A DNA stretch of 64,000 nucleotides from Podarcis liolepis (taxonomy: Eukaryota): assembly GCA_965112155.1 (NCBI GenBank), contig OZ218109.1. One strand, 5' to 3'. Each line of letters opens with the position of its first letter. Position 1 is the first letter of the stretch. Positions 12,485 to 24,738 of this stretch are shown here, piece by piece. Both the position numbers and the translations under genes were made by a program. The notes beneath the pieces were generated by a model that saw only the letters and a program-made list of their open reading frames with translations, searched no databases and was not told the DNA's origin.

Positions 12485-13177
12485 GATAGGTAACCAAAGA
12501 AGAAACATCTGCATTAAAGTAGTGATCTGTCTTACTGTAGACTTGCTCCTTGTTTCTACATGGACCCCATTTGGATGATTGGAAACTTATTCACCTAGGC
12601 ATCTTTATTCCCAATAGGATGCTTCATTGCTGTTTTCGGCTCTCCCCATTCCCCAGAAGTCAGTTTAAAATATGCTCTGCAATATTTTTAATATTATAAG
12701 CACCATCCATCTGTTTCCATCTTTGGTTTCCAGTGAAGCCCATTCCAGTACAGGGCCAGCTTATCCCAATATGTTGTTCCCTAGTGCCTGACAAATCCAA
12801 ACCCTTCCAGCAGACACCGCCATTTAATCCATGCAGCTTTACCTGTCTGGCTGGCCATGCAAGTGGAACAGCAGGGATTTAAAACAAGAGTTTACTTGGA
12901 GGGTTTGCATTTAAACTTCCTACCTGCCAGTCTCAATTTTGCTTCTTTGGCTGGGCAGGAAAGAAGTGCCTTTGAGCTGAAATCATACTGGTTCTAAAGG
13001 GTAGGTGGGGAAAGGAAACGAAGCAGGAGCATAATCCCAAATGTCTGTGAAAAGGATATGTCAGATGGGGGAGCATAGTTAACTAAAATGACACAGGACC
13101 GTCCTTCGAAGAAGGATAAACGTGTTTGTGTAGTTCACAGAACCGCACATTTCTAGCTACCTTAAGATTTTTTTAAA

Positions 13178-13181
<4 letters not shown>

Positions 13182-13243
<62 letters not shown>
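13182..13243. repeat. (TA)n microsatellite
   Basis: About 30 uninterrupted AT units. Confidence 0.97.
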
Positions 13244-13245
<2 letters not shown>

Positions 13246-15522
13246 TGAGAATATAATGTATATTTTGTTTAGCAATAATGTTACTTGTAGCTGAGAGATA
13301 TAACTTGTGTCGTTATATTTCTTAACATAATGTGTCATTTCATGGATAACGCTTCTGTTTGTGGCCTGTGTGGGTTTCCTGATGGGACACAGCTCATACG
13401 TTTTAATATGTTATTTAAGAACTGGTAACAAGTACCGTAGTTCTACTTCATCTGTAAACAGTGTTCTTATACATCTGTATTAGCCTCACCAGCCTGCCCT
13501 GACACTTTAAAGGAGATGTCATTTTAAAAAACAAAACAAAAAAACCCTTCAGTTTTGGCTTCTTACCACTTGATGGCAGTGAAGGAGCTAATGTTGCCAG
13601 GAAAGGTTCAGGGTAGGATGCTATTATGAATAACAAAATGGGAGGTACAAAGGAAGTTTCTGACACTTTGATATTATTCCCATTTCCAGGCAATTTTGCA
13701 AGTGTCAGTAGTGGAGCAAAAGCCTCTAGATGGAGCTTCAGCACTTCCTAAAGGGGGGAAGAGAGCTTGCCAAGCCTCCTTCAGGGGAATGCTACCTAGT
13801 CTGCTTTTAAAACTTGTATCAAACTTAATTTCTCTTCTTCGTGTATATAGAATGCGTGCTGTAATGATAAAAGCTGTTCATTCACCTAGAAGCTGCATAG
13901 TTAGTCTGCCTTTCAATATAAACTCCTAAGGTGCAGAGCAAATATCAAACTAACTGAAGGATATAATAAGCAGGAAGAGTACATGCAACAGCTAATAAAA
14001 CCAAGTAGATATGTTGACCAATAAAAAGCTTGTCTAAATAAACTGGTCTCTAAAGCCTCACCAGGTCATGGGATGGGGGGGGTGATGAGGGAGAGAGATA
14101 AGAGCAAGGTAGGTAGATTCAAGTGGTTAAATATCCAAATTATAAGGCGAGATGTTGCATTTCTGGAAATACTCAGTAAATTGAATTATTGTGGCTCTGA
14201 CGATCATTTCCATGGAAAATCCAGGGGCACCTTACTACTTTGTAAAAGTTCTGCTCCCTCCCCCTGTATTACTTTGAGGCTCACTGCTTTTCTTTTCTTT
14301 TCTTCTGTAACTTGGGGGCCACCACTGAAAGAGCCCTTTCTTTGGTGGCTGTCAGCCTGGCAGTTTCCACCTATTATCACAGGGTGAGAATAGACTCTGG
14401 CCTTTTGTACAGTAGGTTATATTCCAACCTCTCAAAAGTCAGAGGTTTCTGTTCCCCTCCACCTCTCTCCATCCTACATCTAGCCATGAAAGAAAGAAAG
14501 AGGTGTCATCCCAGTTCAGTGATGCATTTCAGCCTAGCAAAGGGGAGGGGCAGGACTCATGAAGGCTTGTGACTAGAGACTTGGCCTTGGGAGCCAGAAT
14601 GGAGGACCTGAGGTTTCCCACTCCTGTTCCATCAAAAGGTGATCTGTGCTAGATCCTGGCGTGGAAAGATACATATGGGGGAAGGTATTCCCTCAATATA
14701 TGACTGTTCTAAACTCAAAACTATGTGTAGTCTCCAATGCACAAAATCTGTTTTAGAGCCATTCTTCACAGCTAAAAAATCATCAAAGTGTGTCGTTAGA
14801 TAGCTATCTATTTAATTGATGGTTTTTCCTCCCTGAATTATTTTGTGAGGGAAGGCAATGAAAGGATTCGTCAGTTTAGAAGCTGTCAGTGACATGGGTT
14901 TTGGGGAAAAGTTTCCTATATAAATTAGGGTAATTTTAGGGAAATATTAGGAGTATTAATGGGAACTTTTATCTGATACCCTAGAGAACGATCTAGTTTA
15001 ACATGTTTGTTGTACTAAAAGCTTTGAAACGGCAAAGCATGCCTAATTCCATTTGACATCCATTCATTGTTACTAACGAACATATGATATTGAAAGTTTT
15101 TGTGGAAAAATAAAGCACTGGAAAACTTTCAGCTCCACATCCTTGAGTACTGTACTAAAAGGCATTGGGTGAATAAAAGTTGGTGACTGCAAGGGAAAAT
15201 TTGCTTAATGCTTTAGGAAAATGTTAACCCCTTTTGCATTTTTAAAATGTGGGTTTTACCTTTCTACAGTAGGCAAGTTTATTCACATTAAGCAAACAAG
15301 AAGTGTTATTGGAGTTCAATGGCACAGATGAAAACAATCAAGGAGGGTTTATCTGGCCTCATGACACTCCCCAAGCCAAACACCCTCCTGAGCTACACCC
15401 CTCAAACAGCAAAATATTTGGGAACACTTGCTAGGTCAGTGATATTAGGTAATGTGGAAGAGTGTGTTAGCATACAGAAGCCCCCAAGCATTGGCCTTGT
15501 GTGATATTTGAGAGCCTTTCTG

Positions 15523-15659
15523 CAGTCTTCCCCACCGCGGTTCCCTCAGGATGTTTTGTGCCATAGCTCCTACCAGACCAAGGCAGGATGGCTGGTGGTC
15601 AGAGATTATGGGAATTGTAGTCTCAAACAACTGACAGCCACTAGGTTGGGGAAGGCTGT
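15523..15659. mobile_element. Palindromic hAT-derived MITE copy
   Basis: Ends cagtcttcccca.. / ..ttggggaaggctg are inverted. Internal gggaattgtagtc motif shared with the 12362 family. Confidence 0.65.
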
Positions 15660-17194
15660 TCTATTGCAGCAGTGGTCAACTTTGCATCCTGATGGTCAGT
15701 AAGGAAAGAACGATTGTTACAGTTTTTGGCAACAAGAAATAATACTCTGAGAATTATTGAGTTCCATTGGCTTTGCGAGTCTCCATGGATGTTGGTCCAT
15801 GCCAGCAAGGGAATTGCACTGTCCAGAAGATTTTATTTATGTATATTTATTTATTACTTTTATGAAAGATCACAGGGCAGTTTACAACATAAAAATGCAA
15901 AATGGAAACACACAAAAAACAACAACAAAACCCAAAGATGAGACTATGGTAGCTATTACTCCAAGAATGACATAATGTTTTAGACTGGTGCAAAACACTG
16001 AAGCAGTCAGTGTAATTTAAACTCATAGTTGTAAGTAAAATGCTGTATCAGAATATGAATTCCAGTCATGAAGTGGAGTGCCTCTTCTCTTGCTTTCTGC
16101 ACCTGTCTTGCACTAGTCAATTTTATTCCAATGGTCTTTCTAGAAAAGTTGCATTCTTTAAGAAGAGCATGTAACTAATTTTAATTTATAGTGGGCTTTT
16201 GGCTGTTTCCTGGGTTGCCCTGCAGGCTATTTCAGCCCATGTGTAACAACTCTGTGAAAGAAGATCACAATACTACTTGCTTAGCTGATGCTGTATAAAT
16301 TGTCACCCTAAATCAAAACTGTTCAGAGATTTATGACCATGAAATACTTGGTGGTGCTAAATTTAGTGGTGGAATGGGTAGCACTAACTTCGGGGTGTGT
16401 GTGTAATGTGTAACAGAACTGGTTGTGCAAGTATAGAAAGCTAAAACATATAGACTGGTTTTCTGTTTTGTTAAAAAATAATTCAAAGTCATGTACGGAT
16501 TGGAAAACTGATTAAAAGAGTACATAAAAATAAAATCAACAGCAGGAAAACAAGTGGAGCAGCAAAAGATCAAGCAGCAATTATCAGAGCCAGACTTTAA
16601 CAGCCTTGCCAATAATTGGCTGGAAAAGCTTTCCTGGAAAAAATAGATTTTCCTATCTGTCACTGACTTTAGGAAACGGCACTTAGACCTGACAAGAAAT
16701 AAGTGACTGTACCCACAGTTGGCCTAATAAAAATGTTGCTGTACTATATGGCTACACTGGTGTTGGTATTTGCTGGCATAACTACAGCCAGTAGAATATG
16801 GCCAAAATGTGGGTGGAAATTTACATGTTACCTCTGCAGTGTGGGAGAGAATCAGCCTGCTAAGGTACCAAATAAATCACCCATCAGATGAAAGCATAAA
16901 GTGTACAGAAGTGTTGGTAACTTTTAAAAAAGAAATCTGACACTACTTTGAACCACCTAACTCCGCAGTTTGGAAAATCTGTGTGGAAATAGGGAGCTAC
17001 TGGTACGATTTGTGATGAAGGACCTAAGTGGGTGGGTGTTTTTATGAAAGGGAACAAAACAGTCATTCTCCTGGCTTGCATAGCCACTTTCTCTTCTCTA
17101 TATTATAGATGAACTCTGCTGAACTATAGCTACTATGTTCACTGGGGTGTGTTTTTTTTAAGTTTAATGAAAGGAGCTTGGGTGTTTGTGTGAA

Positions 17195-17495
17195 TGCTAC
17201 TAGAGGCTAGGGAACTGAGCTACAAGTCAGGAAGTCTTTGGTTTGAATCTCATCTCTGCCATTAACTTGCCATATCTTCTTAGGTAAGCCAAACTTCCTG
17301 TCAGGCTTCAGTCCATTCTCAGTCACCCATCTATATAGAGATTTTTCAAGTGTTCGCAATGCTTCACCTGTAAGGATTATAACCAGATGATACAAAACCC
17401 TGTGAGGAATGTCAGTGTTTTCATCTGGTTATAATCCTTACAGGTGAAGCATTGCAAACACTTGAAAGATCTCTATATAGAATATTGCCATTATT
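17195..17495 (+). mobile_element. Decayed tRNA-derived CORE/MIR-like SINE carrying an internal inverted duplication
   Basis: Head with B-box-like ggtttgaatctc, core-like ctcagtcacccatct, and tail gtgaagcattgcaaacacttgaaa..ctatatag..attatta. Confidence 0.55.
17331..17480. repeat. 60-bp near-perfect inverted repeat with 30-bp spacer
   Basis: Arm 17331-17390 is the reverse complement of 17421-17480 at 58/60 positions. Confidence 0.97.
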
Positions 17496-20400
17496 AAGGA
17501 AGTTATGTGTGTCTGATGCTCCTCCACCATGATATTTTAGTGCTCTTCTCCAGTGCAGTTCTGAACTGGGACAGTGGTTCTAGTGTTTGCATTGCATAGT
17601 TGCAGTGCCCACATTCTCATTGGCTATCCCTGGATGTTGTCAGAGAAACAGGTTGGAGTTAAAATGGCTAGTTGGGAGAGAGTAGTTCTTTTTTCGTACA
17701 TGCCTCTTGGGAAGCCATTTATCTTCATCTCTCAGTTATTTGGGAAATTCTGCTTGAGTGGAGAAACCTCCTAGATACTTTTTTTTTTAAAGAGAGAACG
17801 GGCTTGTGTGTTTTCTTTCATCAGACTTGGAGGCTTTGTGAGCCCAGGAGCATGGAGAGATGTACAAGTGTTCTTGGGTACAGAGGGCCCCATGCTTCGT
17901 ATCTGGTGAATGTATTATCTGCTTGGACAAAACCTAGAAACACATTTAGTCAATAGATTTGTGCTGTGGGTTTGATGTAATAAAGCAGTTTCCAGAAATT
18001 ACTTACTTAGTATTCTTACAATGTATGTCTTACTCATTTTTCTTTAAATATGTGTTTCCAAAATGCAAGCCATGTTCAATTATTGTGTGTATGGTGTTAA
18101 AATGAGGACTGATAGACACATGCCACATTCTAACACACCCAATTTAGAGAAATAAGAGTTTTGAACTAAAAGGGGAGAAATAACGCTGAGTTGTGAAACG
18201 TACAACTTGGTGCTGGCTAAAGGACTCCTGAAAACAATGTGTGTTTAGGCTGTAGAATACCTGGGACCCAGATGTTGAGCTCAGAGGGCATCTCTGCCTG
18301 AAGTAAAACAAGATCACAGGCATAGGTAAGACTTAGGTCTGAGTTCAGTGGTTTGCTAAATACATTCCTGGGGTGCGCAGAGAGATTGCTAAGAGAGTAG
18401 ACATGACAATGACTAAAACTTGGCTTGTAGGGGGTCCAAAAGCGAGCCAGCATTATGAGGTTGTTAAAGTGAGGGAATGAAAGGGGATTAGGCAAAATCC
18501 AAATAGGTGTACTTGGGCATAGGGGAGCAGCTTCAAGAGAGAAAAGACCCCTGTAATGTAATGGGGAATGTTCTGGTAAGGGGTAGATTGGGCCAAACAA
18601 GGAGGACTCATCTGGAAGGTTTACCTTGTGGCTGGTGCTCTTGAATGGATTTAGCTATCAAGAACATTGACTATGGTGAGTGGCTTCCTGGCAAGTCATA
18701 CTGCAGACGCTGTTGTTCTGTCTGGTGTGTAGTGTTGATGGAGGAAGCTTGTATCTCCTGGAGCTGTGGATGCAGCTGCTTTTAGATGCAAAACCTGCAT
18801 CTGATGACCTTTTGTTTACCAGGCATTTTATCTTATTACCATTATTTCAACCTAGGTCCTTGGTGAGTCAGTCTGTGAACTTTCTGGTTCCTGATGACCT
18901 TACTGGCAAGAAGGTCAAGCACAGAGAAATTTACAAGACTGTACATAAGGTCAAGGTGTGTGGGGGGGTGTTGTTTCCCATGGTCCTTTGCTTTTGCCAA
19001 ACCCATCTTCAGTTCACTGTACTTGGAGGTTAACAGTAAAAGCCTTGTAGCTGTGTGTACCAAATATATAGCTATATGATTATTTTAAATGGTTTCTTAT
19101 ATTGTGTTATAATTATTGCAACCTGTCCTGGAACCCTGGGGTGAAGGATGAGTAACTCATTGGATAGCCTGCTGTGATGTGTAAGAATGTCCATAACGTT
19201 TCTGAAGAGCAACATTTAGTCACATGATGTTGACATATAGTGTAGCTGCTGTGAGAAAAGATGTCCCTTCAGAAACCTGAGTGGAAGGAGACCCAGAGAA
19301 GTAGAATGGCAGATATTCCCGTAGAGCAGTTCAGTTTTGGAACTCCTCTGTGGCAAGTAGCAATTGGCTTTCCAGGAAGCAGATGGATGGTAAATAGCAA
19401 GGCTTCTCTATCTGCAGGCAACCATCCCACCTTGACCCCACCCCACCCCAGTTTTTGGCCAGGAAGGAGGACAGATTAAAAATGGCTCAGGGAGGCATTG
19501 CCCAGAGAGTATAGGTGGGGAAGAGTTTAGCATACTTCCCTACATTAATTCCCTCCCCATCCCACTTAACATTTTGTTGCAGCCGAAGTCCAATTTATTA
19601 CCAAAAACATTTGGATGTTAACCACTGCAATGTGTAGAAGTGATTTTAAATTAGTCATAGTGGTGAGAAAGTGTTTGGGTTGTTTGTTTTGTTTTTAAAG
19701 CAGGAAAATGACAGCATTGCAAATGGAACATGGGATATCCCCCCCCCCAAATATTTATTTATGTAAAACTAGTAAATGAAATTAGTCTGCTATGATTAAA
19801 ACAGATCGATAACATGAAATGCAGGCTTGATCGATGCTCACAGATAACAGAAACCTATTTTACAACAAAGTCTGGCTTTGTGTAGCAGCATGCACTTTAA
19901 TCAGCAACATGATGAATGCTTGGCCACTTGGAAGGGATGTCGTTTACAAGGGTGGGGAGGAGAGGAAGGATGGAGAATCAGCAGTAAGTATGTTGATTAC
20001 AAACCTGAAAGTAAATAGCAAAGGTACTTGTGAAAATCCCATTGCCAGCTTAGGCCGAAATGTGTAGCAGTCCCCTCTGTGCCTTGGCAATAGGCTGCTT
20101 TATGGAAGTGATGGTGATGCTGAAGATATCAGCCTAGTTCTCACTGATGTGGTAAATCTGTGCTTGGGCTATGCCACTTGAAGCTGCAGGTTAGGGGCTC
20201 ACTTGATTGATTGAATGAACCTACATACCCTGCCCCCTCCCAGAGAAAAAACTTGATATTGGGGGCAGGGGTGGGGGGGGGGAGAGAGAGAGAGCTCACC
20301 CTCAGCCCTTCTCATTCACATCTACTTGCCTATTCCGCAAAGATGACATATTGCTTTTTTATGGAGCATTCAATCACAGGAGTCCTCACCTGCAGTCTGA

Positions 20401-23354
20401 AGTGGTAGGGCCCAGACAGATTTACCCTTAGTGAGAAATAGTCCTTAGACGTAACACCAAACCATATCAGAGTTGATTAGAATGCTGCCCTTCTGTACGC
20501 TTTGGATCAAGCAGTCACCATCAAGCTTGCCTTGTACATTATGCCCAGGGGACTGCTGAACTTCTGTGCCTACAGTCCACAGGGAGAAGCAGCTTCTTAG
20601 GGGAAGGGCATTTCTTGCTATCAGTTCTGGAGTAGCTCCAGGATGCCTGCAGATTGAATAAGAACAGTTTTCTTTGAGCATTTAGCATACAGTCATGGCC
20701 ATGCATACTGGAAAGAAAGTTCCTCTGGAAGAGAGATTCTAGGTTTTTTTGTTTTTACCATTATTTACTGAAAGCCATAAATGAAATTTAGTGTGGTGGT
20801 GGTGTTGTTTAACACCCCCCCCCAATATAATCAAAATCTAGAGCCAAAATCCTTCTTTTGTGGTTACTGGAATGACTCTAAGTTTCAATTTGACATTGTA
20901 CATACTCTAAAAAGCTAGATTAGTGGAAACCTCTCCAAGGTCTGGGGTTATATGGAAGCAGTTTATATTTGCCTAGAGTGCAATAATATAATTTAATAAA
21001 TATGATAATCATTTTTTAACAAATAATAGGTAGCAACACAACAATATTCTTACTGTAGAAACCAATTAGCTATTACAGCATTGACCTAACTTTGAGGCTG
21101 GTGTAGACAAATAACTGTTGCCTAAACAAGGCACCATGCTAAACATGAATCTTCACCCTCGCTGCCTTCTCCCTCCTTCTACATCCTCCCCCACCCCTTA
21201 GGGTTTAATCACAATTAAGTGACAGATGCTGAACACAATTTGTCCTAGTCTAATTGACTGCAAAGTCATGGTCAATATTGCATTGGCTAACTCAACTCCT
21301 CACAGCCATGTCCAAACATAATGAAATTGTGTTAGTGAGACATCTTGCCGAAGCTGGAGGTGGAGGTGCAGATTTCTAGCCCCAAAATTACTTAATTTAC
21401 ATATATAGCATGTTGGGTTTCTGTGTATAAATAAAGCCACTTTCCCCTTCATACTTGCATTCATAATTGTGTCTCCAGAGTGAACTAATTTTGCATCGTT
21501 TTCTCCTTTGCTGGATCTGAGGAGTAGACACTTGAGTGAAAAGATGCACAACGTCTAACTTTAATTTTCTTTAGGTGATACAATTTCAATACCACAATAA
21601 GAAAAAAGGCCACGCTCTTTTGCACAAACAGGGTGTATTAGAATAATCAGAAAGGATGTTGAAATTAATTATCCTAAATATAACCTATATTCCTAAATTC
21701 TGTTGTTGTTGTTTTTGGTCAATTTCTTGATGAAATCTGATGGATGTTTTATCAGAATGAAATTCCACTGTGTTTAAAAATGGCTACTCCTCAGTAAGTG
21801 TGTTGTGGTTTGCAGCTGCAAAATAGATTGGTGATTTCAGCAGGTGCTCATATCTTGCCTGTGAAAATGCAAAGATTTTGCCTTGATGATGATATCCTGA
21901 ATCTTGTATAGTTAATAGTCTTTTCCTGCCTGCATCCCCTCCCCATTACTCAAAGCAGTGAAAAGGCCACTTCAAATATCATGCTTTTTCTACACAAAAA
22001 GCCCTTTGGTGTAAGAAAAAGCATGAGGCCTGCATGGAGACAGTCATGGGTGAGTTCCATGCCTCTGTTTCAAAGCCTCTGTGTTCTCACAGTACATGTA
22101 GCACGCATGTAGCAACACAGAGACGATTCCTCACACATGCAGCACGCTCCACCCGATTATTCCCTTCTGGCCTGAAATGTTTTGTGCTGAATTAGGCTTG
22201 TGCTGTAAATCTGTAATGAAAACAGTGCTTTGTGCTGAAGGTTTGACAAGCTAATTACAGTGCTGCTTTAATTGTCTTATTTTTGACTTCTTATAGTTTT
22301 AGAACCTCTTCCAGATTTGACCCACTACAATAGTTTGTGCAGATGTAGTTCAAGAGAATGATCTATGGGAGAGGATGCGATACCGGCATATATCCCTCTT
22401 TATTACTTTAATCCGAGATGAAATATATCTCTGTAACCAAATCCTCATGCGTAGTTCACTTGACAAGACTTTCACTTTATACCAAGCAGTTTCTTAGGGG
22501 TTGTTAGGATACGTTTGAGGCTAGACTATTGTGGTGGTTATGTAAACGCTCAGCATACGTTGCCTTTGACATGTTGGCCATTAAACTAGTTGTTTTCAGG
22601 GTATATGTAATGATACTTTGTAATTTAGACACAGCTTTGTTCCTCTAGAGAAGAGGTAGGGATTAACTGTAACATCTTTTTTTTGCCTGGTGTTCTTAGA
22701 AACCGAATTTACTTACGCATCTGTGCAATTAATACAAAACACCCGAGCTTCATTTTTTAAATAATAATAATGAAAGTGAACTGAGATCAGGGCAGTGCTA
22801 TTGTTTGGTTGCACTTCTGCAGTTTCCTTCTCATGAAATGCAAGCCGATGCTGCTGTGAGGGAAAGCCCTCTTACGCAGACAAGCAGAAACAAAGGTTGC
22901 TTGAATTCTGCAAGAAATTAATAGAGATGTAATTTTAATATTAAGGGCACCACATTAGCTGAGGCCTTGCAACTTGTAAAAATGAGCGTAATAGCTGAAG
23001 AAAAAGGGGATATTTTCGAAGATACGCAGATGTATTAATTTAAATTTGTCCTTTTGATCTGTTAATTACCGCTGAAGATTTATTGACTAATTTTAAGGAA
23101 GCAAGTGTTTGAAAGTTTCTGGCAAATACTATCTTCTTGTAATGAGCACATGGCAGTGAAAGAAGTTAAGAGGAGAGCAAAATTAGATTGACTGATTGTT
23201 CAGTCATGTGGGCCTGGCTCGCTGCATATCCCGGCTGAAGAATGATTGCTCAAATTACATTGCCTCAGGTCCCCGCACTTGGTTGGCTGTCTTCTCAGAT
23301 CTTAACAAGGTTCTGGGAATTCATTTCTGACAAAGTTTGCTTTGTGTTTTTCAG

Positions 23355-23456
23355 GATGCTTCATCGGCAGACATTAGGAAAGCGTATCGCAAGCTTTCGC
23401 TAATATTGCACCCAGATAAGAATAAAGATGAAAATGCGGAAACCCAGTTTAGACAA
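23355..23456 (+). CDS. DNAJC1: DNAJC1 coding exon 2: J-domain with HPD motif
   Basis: Acceptor tttttcag|GAT; DASSADIRKAYRKLSLILHPDKNKDENAETQFRQ; donor CAA|GTAAGT. 102 nt. Confidence 0.97.
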
Positions 23457-24219
23457 GTAAGTGATGCACATACAAGCATTAAAATGTATCATGTGGTCAT
23501 TAAAACCTTGAATAAATATAATGGTGATTGTGGGGTATTATTTTTTTGAAATGCTTAACCTGGGGAAGTTTGGAAGCTTTTGTTGCCACTTTACTATGGT
23601 CTAATGCTTTCAACTCCTACAGAAATTTAAAATGGGTAAAAAAAAACACACCACCATGTGCTGTCAGAAGTTAAACATACTTAGATAATGGGAATGCTTA
23701 GGGTTGGGAACAAGACTTTGTGGACTCCTTGACTCTGTTGTTGTTGTTTTATTATAGTGCCACAACCTGCATGTTTTGCATTGCAATGGAAAAACATTTC
23801 ATCAAACATGTTAATGTTTAATGTGTATAAAATTAAGCTTTACTCTGTGGGTGTATTTTTCAAAGGAGGCCTAATATATGGTTTTTCAACAGTTGTTCAC
23901 TTGGAATTTATTTGGAAATTATAATGAATACTAGTGAAACAGTAGAGCATGCTTCGAAAGTTGGATGATGATGATGATGATTTGTTTGTATCACAGAATA
24001 ATTAAATTGCTACTATCTTGAACAGAAAATTACTGAAAACGGGGAAATATTTAGCTTACACAGAATGACCTGAACGTATTCTTTGATTCTAGGAACTGTT
24101 CTTCATTCTTACTTTTAAGAGTACATAAAAGCCCAGTATACGTGCAGCATTGTGGCAAAATATTCTGGTTGCTGGTGTGCTGCTGTTTTTAGAAAAATAA
24201 AAGTATGCTTTCATTCTAG

Positions 24220-24266
24220 TTGGTGGCCATATATGAGGTTTTAAAGGATGAAGAGAGAAGGCATAG
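24220..24266 (+). CDS. DNAJC1: DNAJC1 coding exon 3: J-domain helix III-IV
   Basis: Acceptor ttcattctag|TTG; LVAIYEVLKDEERRH(R); donor TAG|GTGAGT. 47 nt, too short for the ORF track; phase fits exons 2 and 4. Confidence 0.95.
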
Positions 24267-24686
24267 GTGAGTTTATTTTGTATATATTTCAAAGCAGAAA
24301 TTTTTTCCAGCTAAACTGAGCCAGGTTAGCCAGAATTTTATAGGCTCTCTCATATGTGCTAGGTTCTAGCCTATGTTGATAAAAGAATCAGGTGATAACT
24401 TTATAATTTGTAATATAAATATGAGCTTATAGACTGCTAACACATGCTTAGTGCAGCAGTTCATTCCCTTTAATTGTTAGGCTGATCCTCAGATTCTCCA
24501 ACTATAGAGTAAGACCTGTGGATTTTCACTGTGGCCAGTGCAAACTGATTGTGGGTATTGCTGCTTTGCTCAAAACCTTTCAGTCTGAAAAGCCATCTTC
24601 CGTTTTTCAGGATCTCACCAAAAGTTGTGGACTTGGGTTATTTTCTCCATGGCTACTGTAGCATGTGTTGACTTTAATATACACAC

Positions 24687-24738
24687 TCTCTCTCTCTCTC
24701 TCTCTCTCTCTGTATATATATATCTCACACACACACAC
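24687..24738. repeat. Compound (TC)n(TA)n(CA)n microsatellite
   Basis: Read directly from the sequence. Confidence 0.9.

Noticed and set aside
18200-19160. ORFs of 117-127 aa and retroelement-like composition
   Set aside because: No convincing motifs. Probably a very old LINE remnant, not assignable by eye.
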